A stretch of 64,000 bases of DNA from Jatrophihabitans sp. GTDB taxonomy: Bacteria > Actinomycetota > Actinomycetes > Mycobacteriales > Jatrophihabitantaceae. The stretch's first letter is position 1. The number at the start of each line of letters is the position of its first letter. Positions 39,980-48,996 of this stretch are shown here, piece by piece. The notes below the pieces were generated by a model. The model was not told where the DNA came from. It did not search any database and saw only the letters and a list, made by a program, of their open reading frames with translations. The translations under genes and the position numbers were made by a program. The DNA lies in the NCBI GenBank assembly GCA_050999655.1, contig JBPCPA010000282.1:1942-65941 (forward strand), given 5' to 3'.

Positions 39980-40605
39980 TCAGCTGGCGGGCAGCGCGGA
40001 GAGCAGGGTTTTCAGTTGCTGGATCTGCTGAGTCTGGTTAGTGATGATCGATTGGGCCAGGGCTTTCGCTTCGGGGTTCTGCCCGCCCGCGAGTTCGGTG
40101 TGGGCCATGGTCAGCGCGCCTTGGTGGTGAGTGGTCATCATCTGCACCCACATCCGGTCGAACGCAGCGCCGCTGGCCTTATCCAGACCAGCCATGTCGG
40201 CATCGCTCATCATGCCGGGCATCGACATCTGACCCATCGACCCCATCGAGGACGAGGGGACGGGCGCGCCCCAGCCGCTCAGCCACCCGACATCCTCACG
40301 ATCTCCGGGTCCTGGTCTCCCTTGATGGTGGTAGCCAGCGATTTCAGCTGGGCGTTAGTTGCTTTGGCCGGGGCGCTATCGGCCATCTGCACCGCCTGGC
40401 GGTGGTGCGGGATCATGTCGGTCGCGAAGGCGATGTCGGCGCTGTTGTGCGGACCACTAGCCGAGGCCGCCACAGCCGCGGGGCCGCTCATGGTCATGCC
40501 GGCACTGCTGTTGCTGGTTGAGGTCGGGGAGTTGCTGGAGCAGGCAGTCAGGCCGATCGCCGCGAGCGCGGCTATGACAGTCGTGATCTGGTATTGCTTG
40601 GTCAT
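39980..40605 (-). pseudogene. DUF305 (CopM-like) metal-binding lipoprotein, frameshifted
   Basis: Lipobox LTAC and two MIPHH/MTTHH motifs, split between two frames at ~40285 (a 1-nt deletion in a G run). Confidence 0.8.
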
Positions 40606-40729
40606 GCGGGTGTCCTTTCAGGACGAATGTGCTTACGTCGGAATGGCAAACGGAGTCTGAGAGCCCCGACATCTCGGCACGCATGTCTTGTGACACGAAG
40701 CCAGATGGGAGGGTTCCCCGGTGCTCTGC

Positions 40730-41176
40730 TCAGGTCCGGCTGATGCACAACCCGATCAACGACACGTCCGGTGGCATAGGCGGTCCGGCGCGTAAACACA
40801 CCGCTGAGGAGGCCGCCGGTGCGCCTGAGGCGTGGACAGCTGGCAACACCACGGATAACGGCGACAACGGCGCGGACTTGCGTAGCACCGCGACACAGTT
40901 GCCGTGATCCATTCCGCAGCTCATCACCAACCCGCTAACGGTGCCGAGAGGTGATGCCGACGTGCTCACGCCACTAGTGGGTGCTGCGGTGCGGATCAGG
41001 GCAACACCGGGGTTAGTTACGGCGTGCTCGAATCGCATCGAGCTCATCGCTGCAGTCGGGGAAGTGGTCGGCAGGCCGCCAGCCAGACCATGCATGCCGA
41101 GAAGGCCCAGCAATACCAGCAGCGTCACCAACGGGTGGGCACGAACGGCCTGCCCCGATTCAAGCCACCGCCTCAT
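40730..41176 (-). CDS. small membrane protein with the LLGMH...C.A...L.R..LCISRT pattern, usually upstream of DUF305 genes
   Basis: GLLGMHGL, MSCGMDHGNCVAVL and C-terminal LCISRT. Confidence 0.7.
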   Translation of the reverse strand: MRRWLESGQAVRAHPLVTLLVLLGLLGMHGLAGGLPTTSPTAAMSSMRFEHAVTNPGVALIRTAAPTSGVSTSASPLGTVSGLVMSCGMDHGNCVAVLRKSAPLSPLSVVLPAVHASGAPAASSAVCLRAGPPMPPDVSLIGLCISRT

Positions 41177-41301
41177 ATACCCAGGCTAGCCCGGTATCTG
41201 GTTATCCGCACATCCGTACGGACTTGCATATCGGCGCGAATCGGCGTACACCAGAACGTGAACATCCGCAAAGCCGTACGGATGTCGAGGAAGGCATAGC
41301 G

Positions 41302-42639
41302 ATGACAATTTTTGGTGGGGCGTGGCACGGCCTGGATGAGGCGTTCTTCATGTTCTGGGAGACGCTGTGGGCGTTGGTGTTGGGCTTTGGCCTGTCCGGA
41401 GCGGTGCAGGCATTCGTGTCACGCGGGGAGATGCGTAAGGCTCTCGGTAACCACCGGCCGGCGACGCTGGGTAAGGCCAGCTTCTTCGGAGTGATCAGCT
41501 CCTCGTGCTCCTACGCGTCCTCGGCGCTGGCCAAGTCACTGTTCGCGCGAGGGGCGGACTTCACCGCCTCGATGGTGTTCATGATCGCTTCGACCAACCT
41601 GGTCGTAGAGCTCGGGATCGTGCCGTGGTTGCTGATTGGTTGGCAGTTCGCGTTGGCCGAGTTCGTCGGCGGCGCGATCATGATCGTCCTGCTCGGCCTG
41701 GTCCTGCCGCGCCTGATCCCCGAAGCCTGGATTAGCGAGGCCCGCGACCGGCTCAACGCGAACGAGGCCGCGACCGGCAGCGAAGCGGCGACGGACCCGC
41801 ACGCCGGGCACGGGCAGATTCAGGACGACGGCGAGCCGCATGAGGCCGAACCGCTGCGCCAGCGGCTACGGTCACGCCGTGGCTGGGGCGATGCATCGGG
41901 CTACACGATCAGTGACCTCACCATGCTGCGCAAGGAACTGGTGATCGGCTTCGTGGTCGCCGGTTACCTGGCCGCTCTCGTACCGACCGGGTTCTGGCGT
42001 TCGCTGTTCCTTACCGGGCACGGCTTCTGGTCCTCCCTGGAGAACGTCATCCTCGGCCCGTTCCTGGCCATTATCAGCTTCGTCTGCTCGGTCGGCAACG
42101 TCCCCCTCGCCGCAGCCCTGTGGCAGGGCGGGATCAGCTTCGGCGGTGTCGTGTCCTTCGTCTTCGCCGACCTGATCACGCTGCCGCTGCTCTCGATCTA
42201 CCGCAAATACTTCGGCACGCAGATCACGCTGCGGATCCTCGTCATCTTCTGGGCCACCATGAGCAGCGCCGGCCTCGCCGTCGAATACCTCTTCAAACTC
42301 GCCCGAATCCCCGAGCCATCCCGGCCGACAATGATCATCCGCACCGGCTTCCAGTGGAACTACACCACCATCCTCAACCTGCTCGCCCTCGCCGTATTCG
42401 CTGTCATCTACTGGCTCTACCGCCACCGGGACACGACGGACAGCCGGTACGCGAAGGACCCCGTCTGCGGGATGCAGGTCGAAACCGCGGACGCCCCCGC
42501 CAGCCGCCAAACGCACGACGGGCCGGTGTACTTTTGCTCCGATCACTGCGCTCACCGCTATGACAGCGACCCCGCACGCCGCCCAGCCAGCGCGCAGCCA
42601 AGCCCAGATGACGGCAACTTTCGGCAAGGAGGCCTCTGA
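41302..42639 (+). CDS. DUF318-type permease with C-terminal YHS/TRASH metal-binding domain
   Basis: SSSCSYAS, ASTNLVVELG and FVCSVGNVPLAA motifs. C-terminal DPVCGM...YFCSDHC. Confidence 0.88.
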   Translation: MTIFGGAWHGLDEAFFMFWETLWALVLGFGLSGAVQAFVSRGEMRKALGNHRPATLGKASFFGVISSSCSYASSALAKSLFARGADFTASMVFMIASTNLVVELGIVPWLLIGWQFALAEFVGGAIMIVLLGLVLPRLIPEAWISEARDRLNANEAATGSEAATDPHAGHGQIQDDGEPHEAEPLRQRLRSRRGWGDASGYTISDLTMLRKELVIGFVVAGYLAALVPTGFWRSLFLTGHGFWSSLENVILGPFLAIISFVCSVGNVPLAAALWQGGISFGGVVSFVFADLITLPLLSIYRKYFGTQITLRILVIFWATMSSAGLAVEYLFKLARIPEPSRPTMIIRTGFQWNYTTILNLLALAVFAVIYWLYRHRDTTDSRYAKDPVCGMQVETADAPASRQTHDGPVYFCSDHCAHRYDSDPARRPASAQPSPDDGNFRQGGL

Positions 42640-43040
42640 TGAGCATCACCGACCACGACCACCCGATCGACCCCGAGCGGGTCGCGCACGCCCGCTCCCG
42701 GCTGCCCTCCGCCGAGGACGCCGCCCGCCTCACCAGCCTGCTCTCCCTCATGGCTGACCCGGTACGACTACGCCTAATTTATGCTCTCGACGTTGCGGAA
42801 GAACTCTGCGTCGGAGACCTAGCGCTCGCCCTCGACGTCAGCGAAGACTCCGTCTCCTACGCCCTACGCCTGCTCCGCACCGCCGGGCTCATCGTTACCC
42901 GCAGAGCCGGCCGAATCATGTTCAACCGACTCGCCGACGACTTCCCAGCACCACTACGCGACCACTGCCTCCGACAACTTATCGCCCTCACTCACACCGG
43001 AGACGACAGCGATGGGGACTCGACAGCACTGACCTCATGA
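42639..43040 (+). CDS. ArsR/SmtB family metalloregulator
   Basis: LMADPVRLRLIYAL..EELCVGDLA..L.VSE..VSYALRLLR.AGL, plus a C-terminal HC site. Confidence 0.9.
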   Translation: MSITDHDHPIDPERVAHARSRLPSAEDAARLTSLLSLMADPVRLRLIYALDVAEELCVGDLALALDVSEDSVSYALRLLRTAGLIVTRRAGRIMFNRLADDFPAPLRDHCLRQLIALTHTGDDSDGDSTALTS

Positions 43041-43055
43041 TCAAGCCCTCACTAG

Positions 43056-43469
43056 CTAGGCCGGGGCAAGCAGCTCGCTGACGAGCACCTGGATGCGCTG
43101 CTTAATGTCGTCGCGGACTTCGCGTACGACGTCGATATCTTGGCCGGCGGGGTCGGTCAGGTCCCAGTCCTCGTAGCGTTTGCCGGGGAAGTAGGGGCAG
43201 GTGTCCCCGCAGCCCATCGTGATGACGACATCGGCGCGGGAGACAGAGTCGGTGGTGAGGATCTTGGGTGTTTCGGCGCTGATGTCGATGCCGACCTCGC
43301 GCATCGCCTCGACGGCAATGGAGTTGACTTGGTTGGCGGGTTCGGATCCGGCGGACCAGATCTCGATGCGGTCACCGGCCAGCTGTTTGAGCCAGCCAGT
43401 TGCCATTTGCGAGCGGCCGGCGTTGTGGACGCACACGAACAGCACAGTGGGTTTGTAACCAGTTGTCAT
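43056..43469 (-). CDS. arsC: arsenate reductase (LMW-PTP family)
   Basis: VLFVCVHNAGRSQMA, ITMGCGDTCP and DWDLTDP motifs. ATG at 43469. Confidence 0.9.
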   Translation of the reverse strand: MTTGYKPTVLFVCVHNAGRSQMATGWLKQLAGDRIEIWSAGSEPANQVNSIAVEAMREVGIDISAETPKILTTDSVSRADVVITMGCGDTCPYFPGKRYEDWDLTDPAGQDIDVVREVRDDIKQRIQVLVSELLAPA

Positions 43470-43485
43470 GGCAGTGCCTTTCAGG

Positions 43486-43545
43486 TTAGGGCCGGGCGAT
43501 GGCGTCGGCAGCGATAGCAGGTGTGTCCGGGTAGAGGCCGCGGCG
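43486..43545 (-). pseudogene. 3'-terminal remnant of an upstream ars-operon gene (possibly aquaglyceroporin)
   Basis: RGLYPDTPAIAADAIARP* directly upstream of arsC resembles the C-terminus of actinobacterial ars-associated MIP proteins. The upstream part is non-homologous. Confidence 0.35.
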
Positions 43546-43832
43546 TTGGCTCTGGCCAAAGACGCCGTAACGGGGGTACAGGGCCAATACATTTGCACGT
43601 TGAACAGCAATGATTTGATCCCCGAGGTCGCCGAGGCTGAATGGTTCACCACGTCTATCGTCCGGACTGTCCTCGACACTGAACACGGTGGAATCCTTGG
43701 GGTGTCGTTCTAGCGACCCACCAACGGTCGGTCGCAAGATATCCCTGGGTTGAGGCAAGCAACGCAGGAGTAACAGGACACCTGTCGTCGGCAAGTGCAA
43801 GTCAATGGCGTGCACTCATCCATTCCTGCCGT

Positions 43833-44132
43833 CTAGCGAGGGACTGGAGGCTCGCTGGTTCCCTTGCTTCGGTCGAGATCGGCTAGCAGTTTGGCGTCCA
43901 AATGTGCTAGCGCGGACCGGTATGCCGGCGTAGTGCGCGCCAACTCGGTGAGGTACCCGCGGACGGCGGCATCGATGATCGCTTGAAGACTGCCGTACCC
44001 AGTGAACTGACGGGCCATCTCAAGCTGCCGTCGCGTTGCCAGGGTCGCTCGATAGCCGGTCGGAGCCGCTTCCTCGACTCGCGCTGGACGGCCTCGTCGA
44101 CGCGGCAAGGCGGAGCCCGGCGTGTCAGACAT
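43833..44132 (-). CDS. small putative DNA-binding (RHH-like) protein
   Basis: 99 aa, RRRGRP AT-hook-like motif, SLQAIIDAAVRGYL helix. Divergent from the 44246 gene. Confidence 0.55.
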   Translation of the reverse strand: MSDTPGSALPRRRGRPARVEEAAPTGYRATLATRRQLEMARQFTGYGSLQAIIDAAVRGYLTELARTTPAYRSALAHLDAKLLADLDRSKGTSEPPVPR

Positions 44133-44245
44133 CGCTACACCCCCAAAGTCATTGGGCCTCGGTGTAGTCTAATATAAGAAATAAAGTTTCATAATACCTA
44201 GACCAAACACCTGTCTGGCAGGCTTCACACTGCAAGGAGGACCCC

Positions 44246-45289
44246 GTGACCACGACTCTTTCGGCTCGTCATCAGGACGCGGCAATGCTTCCGTTTTTGA
44301 GCGGAGTAACTCAAGCAAAGCGGACGATCGTGGTCGCGGGTCGTAGCTTCGAGGTCACCCCGGTGTTTGACACCTACTGGCGATTCGCAGCAGCTCGCCA
44401 GCACATTTATGAGGCTCGACAGGCTGGGCGTCCCGGGCCGTGGACCAACGATCCGATTCTTCGGCTGCACCGGTTCACCAACTGCTTCCGCGCGGCCGAT
44501 CGCGTCAGTCAGTTCCTCATTGGTGAGGTCGCCTATCGTGGATCACAGGAGCCGGAAGAAGTCGTCTTCCGGACGCTGTTATTTAAGCTCTTTAACAAGG
44601 TGTCTACCTGGCGTCTGCTCCAACAGCACATCGGAGAGCTGACTTGGCACGGAGCAGACCTCGTGGCCTACGATGCCGTGCTTACGCAGGCATTCGCCGA
44701 GGGCCGCCGACTTTACTCGGCTGCCTACGTAATTCCTCCGCCGCAGCTTGGTGGGGAGCGGAAGCACTCTAATCACCTGCATCTTTTGCGCCTCCTGATG
44801 GAAGACCGGGTACACGAGCGATTGGCTGCAGCGCCAAGCATGGCGCACGCATTCGAGGTGCTGAGGAGCTACCCGGCAATCGGGGACTTTCTGGCCTACC
44901 AGTTCCTCATCGACATCAACTACAGCGGGGCATTGGCCTTCGATGAAGGCGAGTTCGTCGTACCCGGCCCCGGCGCGCGCGACGGCATCCGCAAGTGCTT
45001 CGGTGCCGCCGCGTCCGGATTTGAGGCTGAGGTAATCCGCTACATGGCCGACAGCCAAGAAGAACACTTCGATCGGCTGGGCTTAGAGTTCCACGGCCTT
45101 CGGGGCCGTCGCTTGCAGCTTATAGACTGTCAGAATCTCTTCTGCGAGGTAGACAAGTACGCCCGTGTCGCCCACCCCGATGTCCAGGGCATCTCCGGTC
45201 GGACCCGGATCAAGCAGAAGTATGCACCCGACGCAGCACCGTTGACGGCTTGGTTTCCGCCAAAATGGAATCTAAACGCCGCGTCCTGA
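44246..45289 (+). CDS. 5-hmdU DNA kinase helical-domain / aGPT-pyrophosphorylase family protein (standalone)
   Basis: YWRFAAARQHIY..R..G...PWTNDPIL...RFTNCFRAADRVSQ, RTLLFKLFNK, IGDFLAYQ...D.NYS, GPGARDG and DCQNLFCEVDKY.RV motifs. Confidence 0.82.
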   Translation: MTTTLSARHQDAAMLPFLSGVTQAKRTIVVAGRSFEVTPVFDTYWRFAAARQHIYEARQAGRPGPWTNDPILRLHRFTNCFRAADRVSQFLIGEVAYRGSQEPEEVVFRTLLFKLFNKVSTWRLLQQHIGELTWHGADLVAYDAVLTQAFAEGRRLYSAAYVIPPPQLGGERKHSNHLHLLRLLMEDRVHERLAAAPSMAHAFEVLRSYPAIGDFLAYQFLIDINYSGALAFDEGEFVVPGPGARDGIRKCFGAAASGFEAEVIRYMADSQEEHFDRLGLEFHGLRGRRLQLIDCQNLFCEVDKYARVAHPDVQGISGRTRIKQKYAPDAAPLTAWFPPKWNLNAAS

Positions 45290-45297
45290 CCGACTGA

Positions 45298-46251
45298 TCA
45301 GGTGGCGTTCATCGCCTCGTACTGCTCGACGGTGTACGGGATGAGCGTCCGGTTATGCAGATCCGCGACTAGGACACCGCTGCGATGTTCTATGAGGAAT
45401 CTGAAGGCGTTGTACCCGGCCAAGATGGCGTGCTGCCAGTCGGGAATGCTGCGACTCTTTACCTCGAGATGAGCCGTTGCGCGCCTGCACGACTTCAGGA
45501 GGTCTCGTGGTACGCGAGTAGTGGTCTTGAAGAACGAGTAGTCGGCTGCCTCGGCGAACACAGACGCCGTGAGGCCTTCTTCGATCACGACTGCTCTAGC
45601 GCCGTCCTCGACCCGGTCGAGCCGTTCAACGCTCTTCCGCTTGCACTTCGGGTCGAGGATTGCCCTAATCACCGGCGACCAGCCGAGGACTGCCATGTGG
45701 CCCAGGTGCAGCGCGTCGTGGTAGCGATAGAAATCATCGATGTCGCTGTTGTCATCGATTGGGTCGCCCATCCGGCGGAAGGTCGTCTCACCGTTTAGTA
45801 CCGTCAGGGTCACGACGCCAATTTCTCGACCGTCGCGGATCTCGGTGTGTTCGTTGAAGCGCACGACAAGCTGACGCGGCAACTGCTCATGTGGTTCCAT
45901 ATCTTCGTCGAAGAGATCGTGCGGACGCGGTGGCTCATTGGACAGGAATTCACCGGCAGCTTTGTCCAGGTTTGCTTGGGCAATTTCGCCGAGGGTCAGT
46001 CCGACTCGCGACGCCAGTGCGGCCATGTACCACAACGCATCGCCTAATTCCTCCTGCACGGACTCGCCGAATGCCCTGTAGCCTGTTGAGTCACGGTTGC
46101 GCTTCTTCCACTCTGCTGCGAGTTCGCCGACCTCACCTACAATGCCGAACAGTGGAAGCACCAAATCGCTAGCCGACCCATCTTTTGGCAGGATATCGGT
46201 AGCGAGTGCCCGTCGTTGGTATTCGTCCAGAGACAGTTCAGTAGTACTCAT
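45298..46251 (-). CDS. MazG-like nucleotide pyrophosphohydrolase with C-terminal MazG_C domain
   Basis: GEVGE and EELGDALWY metal motifs. C-terminus GDPIDDN...YRYHDALHLGHMAVLGWSPVIRA...KRKS...VEDGARAVVIEE. Confidence 0.88.
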   Translation of the reverse strand: MSTTELSLDEYQRRALATDILPKDGSASDLVLPLFGIVGEVGELAAEWKKRNRDSTGYRAFGESVQEELGDALWYMAALASRVGLTLGEIAQANLDKAAGEFLSNEPPRPHDLFDEDMEPHEQLPRQLVVRFNEHTEIRDGREIGVVTLTVLNGETTFRRMGDPIDDNSDIDDFYRYHDALHLGHMAVLGWSPVIRAILDPKCKRKSVERLDRVEDGARAVVIEEGLTASVFAEAADYSFFKTTTRVPRDLLKSCRRATAHLEVKSRSIPDWQHAILAGYNAFRFLIEHRSGVLVADLHNRTLIPYTVEQYEAMNAT

Positions 46252-46949
46252 ATCAAGATCCTCGCTGCTTGTGCGCCGAAGTTGATCAAATATTCTACCG
46301 GGAGAAGCCCATAGCCGCCTGCCCCCCAGAATTCACCCCATGAGTTACGGATCAGAAACACCCGGCCATGCGTGAGATCGGTCCACGCCCCTGTGACGAC
46401 CACAGCGTGATAGCCCTCGGCGGGGGCCGTGATGGGTGGAACTGTTACGTAGCCGTCCAGATCGGGCGTGCGAAAGTTGGCGCTTATCTCGATCACTAGC
46501 ACCACTGGATGGCCGTCCGCGAGTTCGTGCTCAACTGCGTCTTCCACGCCATCGTGCGCTATGACGACAGGCGAAAGGTTGGCGCGGGTCCAAGGCGGAA
46601 TACCGGCGGATGCAGGCGGTGGCTCAGACTCGAACCCGAGGCTGTCGTTGTAGGGCCACAGATCAGCGTCGCAATGGCCGGTGTGCGGCAGCGCGTGGCC
46701 TGCTGAGCCTAGGGTCGTACCGTCGTGTCCGGCCAAGCCCCACTCACGAAGGCGCCACCAGATGGGCTCGATCGCGGCCTCGAATCCAGAGCGTTCGGCC
46801 TCATGAGCAGCAGCCAGAGCACAGGCAACGCACGTCGGTCGCGGGCCTTGATCCATGACGTCGCTTGAGATCTGCGACGTCAGGTCGACCGCAGGGCGCC
46901 CAGCGGCGGACTCACGGAGTTTCTTAAGCCGCTCAGCAGCGGTGGTCAC
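46248..46949 (-). CDS. papain-like (C1) cysteine peptidase
   Basis: DQGPRPTCVACA (Gln/Cys), YHAVVVTG (His) and IRNSWGEFWGAGGYG (Asn). No signal peptide. Confidence 0.9.
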   Translation of the reverse strand: MTTAAERLKKLRESAAGRPAVDLTSQISSDVMDQGPRPTCVACALAAAHEAERSGFEAAIEPIWWRLREWGLAGHDGTTLGSAGHALPHTGHCDADLWPYNDSLGFESEPPPASAGIPPWTRANLSPVVIAHDGVEDAVEHELADGHPVVLVIEISANFRTPDLDGYVTVPPITAPAEGYHAVVVTGAWTDLTHGRVFLIRNSWGEFWGAGGYGLLPVEYLINFGAQAARILI

Positions 46950-48229
46950 GCGACATCGACCTCGAACTCGGCGTCGTCATCAGGGTCGCCTGGCAACCGC
47001 CGGTCTAGGTCACTCTCTAGCTGTCGCCGCCGGAACGCAGTATTCGGAGTTGGCTGGACCGCCAACTGCAGCTCGTAGGTGAAAAGCGGTTCGTCCCGTG
47101 GGTCGTAGGCGTGAGCGTAAAAGAGTTGGAGTTGCCACCCACCGGGCCTGACGGTACGCACGATGACCGTACGAACGCCGTTGCCGCCGATCGGTGGGCC
47201 ATCGGCGATCTCCATGGCTGGGCCACCTTGGCGGGCACGGATTCTGCGTCGACGTTGCCGTTGGATCTTGGTCTGCGGCTCGTCGCCAGCGGTAAACGAA
47301 TCCTCGACCACGGTGGCCGGCGCGGCATCCTCGTCCGCGTCAGAATCGTCAGGGGCGGAATCGAGGGTTCGAATTTGTCCCAGGGCGGCGAGTGTGTAGT
47401 CCGTCGCCGAGAATTGGTCCCGCCGTCGAAGGCTACCGTCGATGACGGGGACTTCCGGCGGTGCAATTGGACGGGACCGAGGCCTCCATGATCCGCCATT
47501 GCGTTGGGCCAGCTCATCCTCCGTCTGCCAGCGCCAGCCAGCGAGACGTTGCTCGACCAGGTCCACCATGACCTCGTCGTGCTCCTCGACGACGAGGCTG
47601 ACGAGCTCATCGTTGCTCGTCGCGTCCCACATGTCAGCTAGCCCGTTTTCCGGGCGGTGGTTGCCGGACGCCCGTCGGAGGGCGGACATCCGACCCAGGT
47701 CCAAAATTCGTTGAAATGCAGCCTGGTTGATGAACCGAGCGGCGAGCAGTCGTCGGGCGGTGGCCTCGTAGCTCACACCCAGATCGCGGCTCAATCGGTA
47801 GACGTGCTCCGGTTTGATCTGACCTCGTCGCAATCCGTAGGCTGCGACGGCGTGATTCAACAACGTCGGAGGCATCAGGAAGTAGCCAGCGAATAACTGC
47901 GCCTCGCGCTCCAACTCGCTGGACGGGTGCCCGAGAACCTCAGCTTCGCCGTCCATCCGTAGGTGGTCCGCGTGTAGAACCCAGTGACCAATCTCGTGCG
48001 CTGCTGTATATCGCTGGATCGCAGAGCTCCGCTGTGACGTAATCAGGACCCCGCCATTCCCGTCAGGAACGACTGCGCCGAGCAGGTTGTCCAAGTTAGT
48101 GATATGCAGAGCTAGGCCGAGTCGGTCGATTGCCGCGAAGGGATCGATTACATATCTTTGATCGATGCCGAGGAGTTCGAGGGTCTCATCTGCGGCAACT
48201 AAGGCGTCGGCGCGCCCCGAGACGGTCAC
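46946..48229 (-). CDS. ImmA/IrrE family Zn metallopeptidase with C-terminal chagasin (I42)-like domain
   Basis: QRYTAAHEIGH, EREAQLFAGYFLMP and LGVSYEATARRL. The C-terminal beta-domain pattern is described under findings. Confidence 0.85.
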   Translation of the reverse strand: MTVSGRADALVAADETLELLGIDQRYVIDPFAAIDRLGLALHITNLDNLLGAVVPDGNGGVLITSQRSSAIQRYTAAHEIGHWVLHADHLRMDGEAEVLGHPSSELEREAQLFAGYFLMPPTLLNHAVAAYGLRRGQIKPEHVYRLSRDLGVSYEATARRLLAARFINQAAFQRILDLGRMSALRRASGNHRPENGLADMWDATSNDELVSLVVEEHDEVMVDLVEQRLAGWRWQTEDELAQRNGGSWRPRSRPIAPPEVPVIDGSLRRRDQFSATDYTLAALGQIRTLDSAPDDSDADEDAAPATVVEDSFTAGDEPQTKIQRQRRRRIRARQGGPAMEIADGPPIGGNGVRTVIVRTVRPGGWQLQLFYAHAYDPRDEPLFTYELQLAVQPTPNTAFRRRQLESDLDRRLPGDPDDDAEFEVDVA

Positions 48230-48624
48230 GTTGGCTCCTCCTCCGGCGGTCGTGGGCGTGAGCGAGTGTTTGTCCCGTCTTCCGTGCGTTGTTGTGCGGC
48301 CAGAAACTCCGCGAAGCGGAGTACCTGTTCCTTATCGGCATTAGTGAGGTTCGCTGTAGCGCGGTGTAGGGCACTACCGGCAGCTGCCTCGGGCTCTTCC
48401 TCGCCTAGCAACCAAGCCACATCTCGTTGATAGAGACGAGCCAGTCGACGGAGTTCCAGGCCAGTAATTTTACGTGTGCCCTTCTCCACTGCGGCTAAGG
48501 TCGGACGACTCAAGCCGAGCGCGTCGGCGACATCGGCTTGAGTCAGGCCCATAGCAAGACGCGCATCCCGAAGCCGAGCCCCGACGACTCTGTGTTCGTT
48601 CGGTTGATCGCTCAACGGACTCAC
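48226..48624 (-). CDS. XRE family HTH regulator
   Basis: GARLRDARLAMGLTQADVADALGLSRPTLAAVEKGTRKITGLEL. The GTG start overlaps the AcpS TGA. Confidence 0.92.
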   Translation of the reverse strand: MSPLSDQPNEHRVVGARLRDARLAMGLTQADVADALGLSRPTLAAVEKGTRKITGLELRRLARLYQRDVAWLLGEEEPEAAAGSALHRATANLTNADKEQVLRFAEFLAAQQRTEDGTNTRSRPRPPEEEPT

Positions 48625-48992
48625 GCGGCGTCGCCGATCGCTACGACGAATGCCAGAGCGAGGCCCATTTCGTGGCTCAGACTTAGCGACCATTCAGTGA
48701 GGCGAAGGTTTGATGCATACTTCGCGGCATCCCCACTGAGACGTAGGCACGGCGTCTCGCCTTGTGCGCTTACGACCTCGATATCCAAATGCTCGATGTC
48801 AGGGAATCCCGCTCCGAGCGCCTTCATCACCGCCTCCTTTGCTCCCCATCGAGCGGCCAACCGCTCGGCGTTCCCAGCGCAGTACGCCTGCTCTGCTTCG
48901 GTCCATGTCTGATCCAAAAAGGTTCGACCACCCGACTCGGCCAGCCGGCGGAGACGATCGATGTCGACAAGGTCAACTCCCGTTCGCAGCAT
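48621..48992 (-). CDS. acpS: holo-ACP synthase (AcpS-type 4'-phosphopantetheinyl transferase)
   Basis: GVDLVDIDR, LAARWGAKEAVMKALG and SLSLSHE motifs. Confidence 0.92.
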   Translation of the reverse strand: MLRTGVDLVDIDRLRRLAESGGRTFLDQTWTEAEQAYCAGNAERLAARWGAKEAVMKALGAGFPDIEHLDIEVVSAQGETPCLRLSGDAAKYASNLRLTEWSLSLSHEMGLALAFVVAIGDAA

Positions 48993-48996
48993 CTAG

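Noticed and set aside
43486-43815. 109-aa ORF as an intact gene
   Set aside because: Only the last ~18 codons look protein-like. The rest is non-coding-looking junction sequence.
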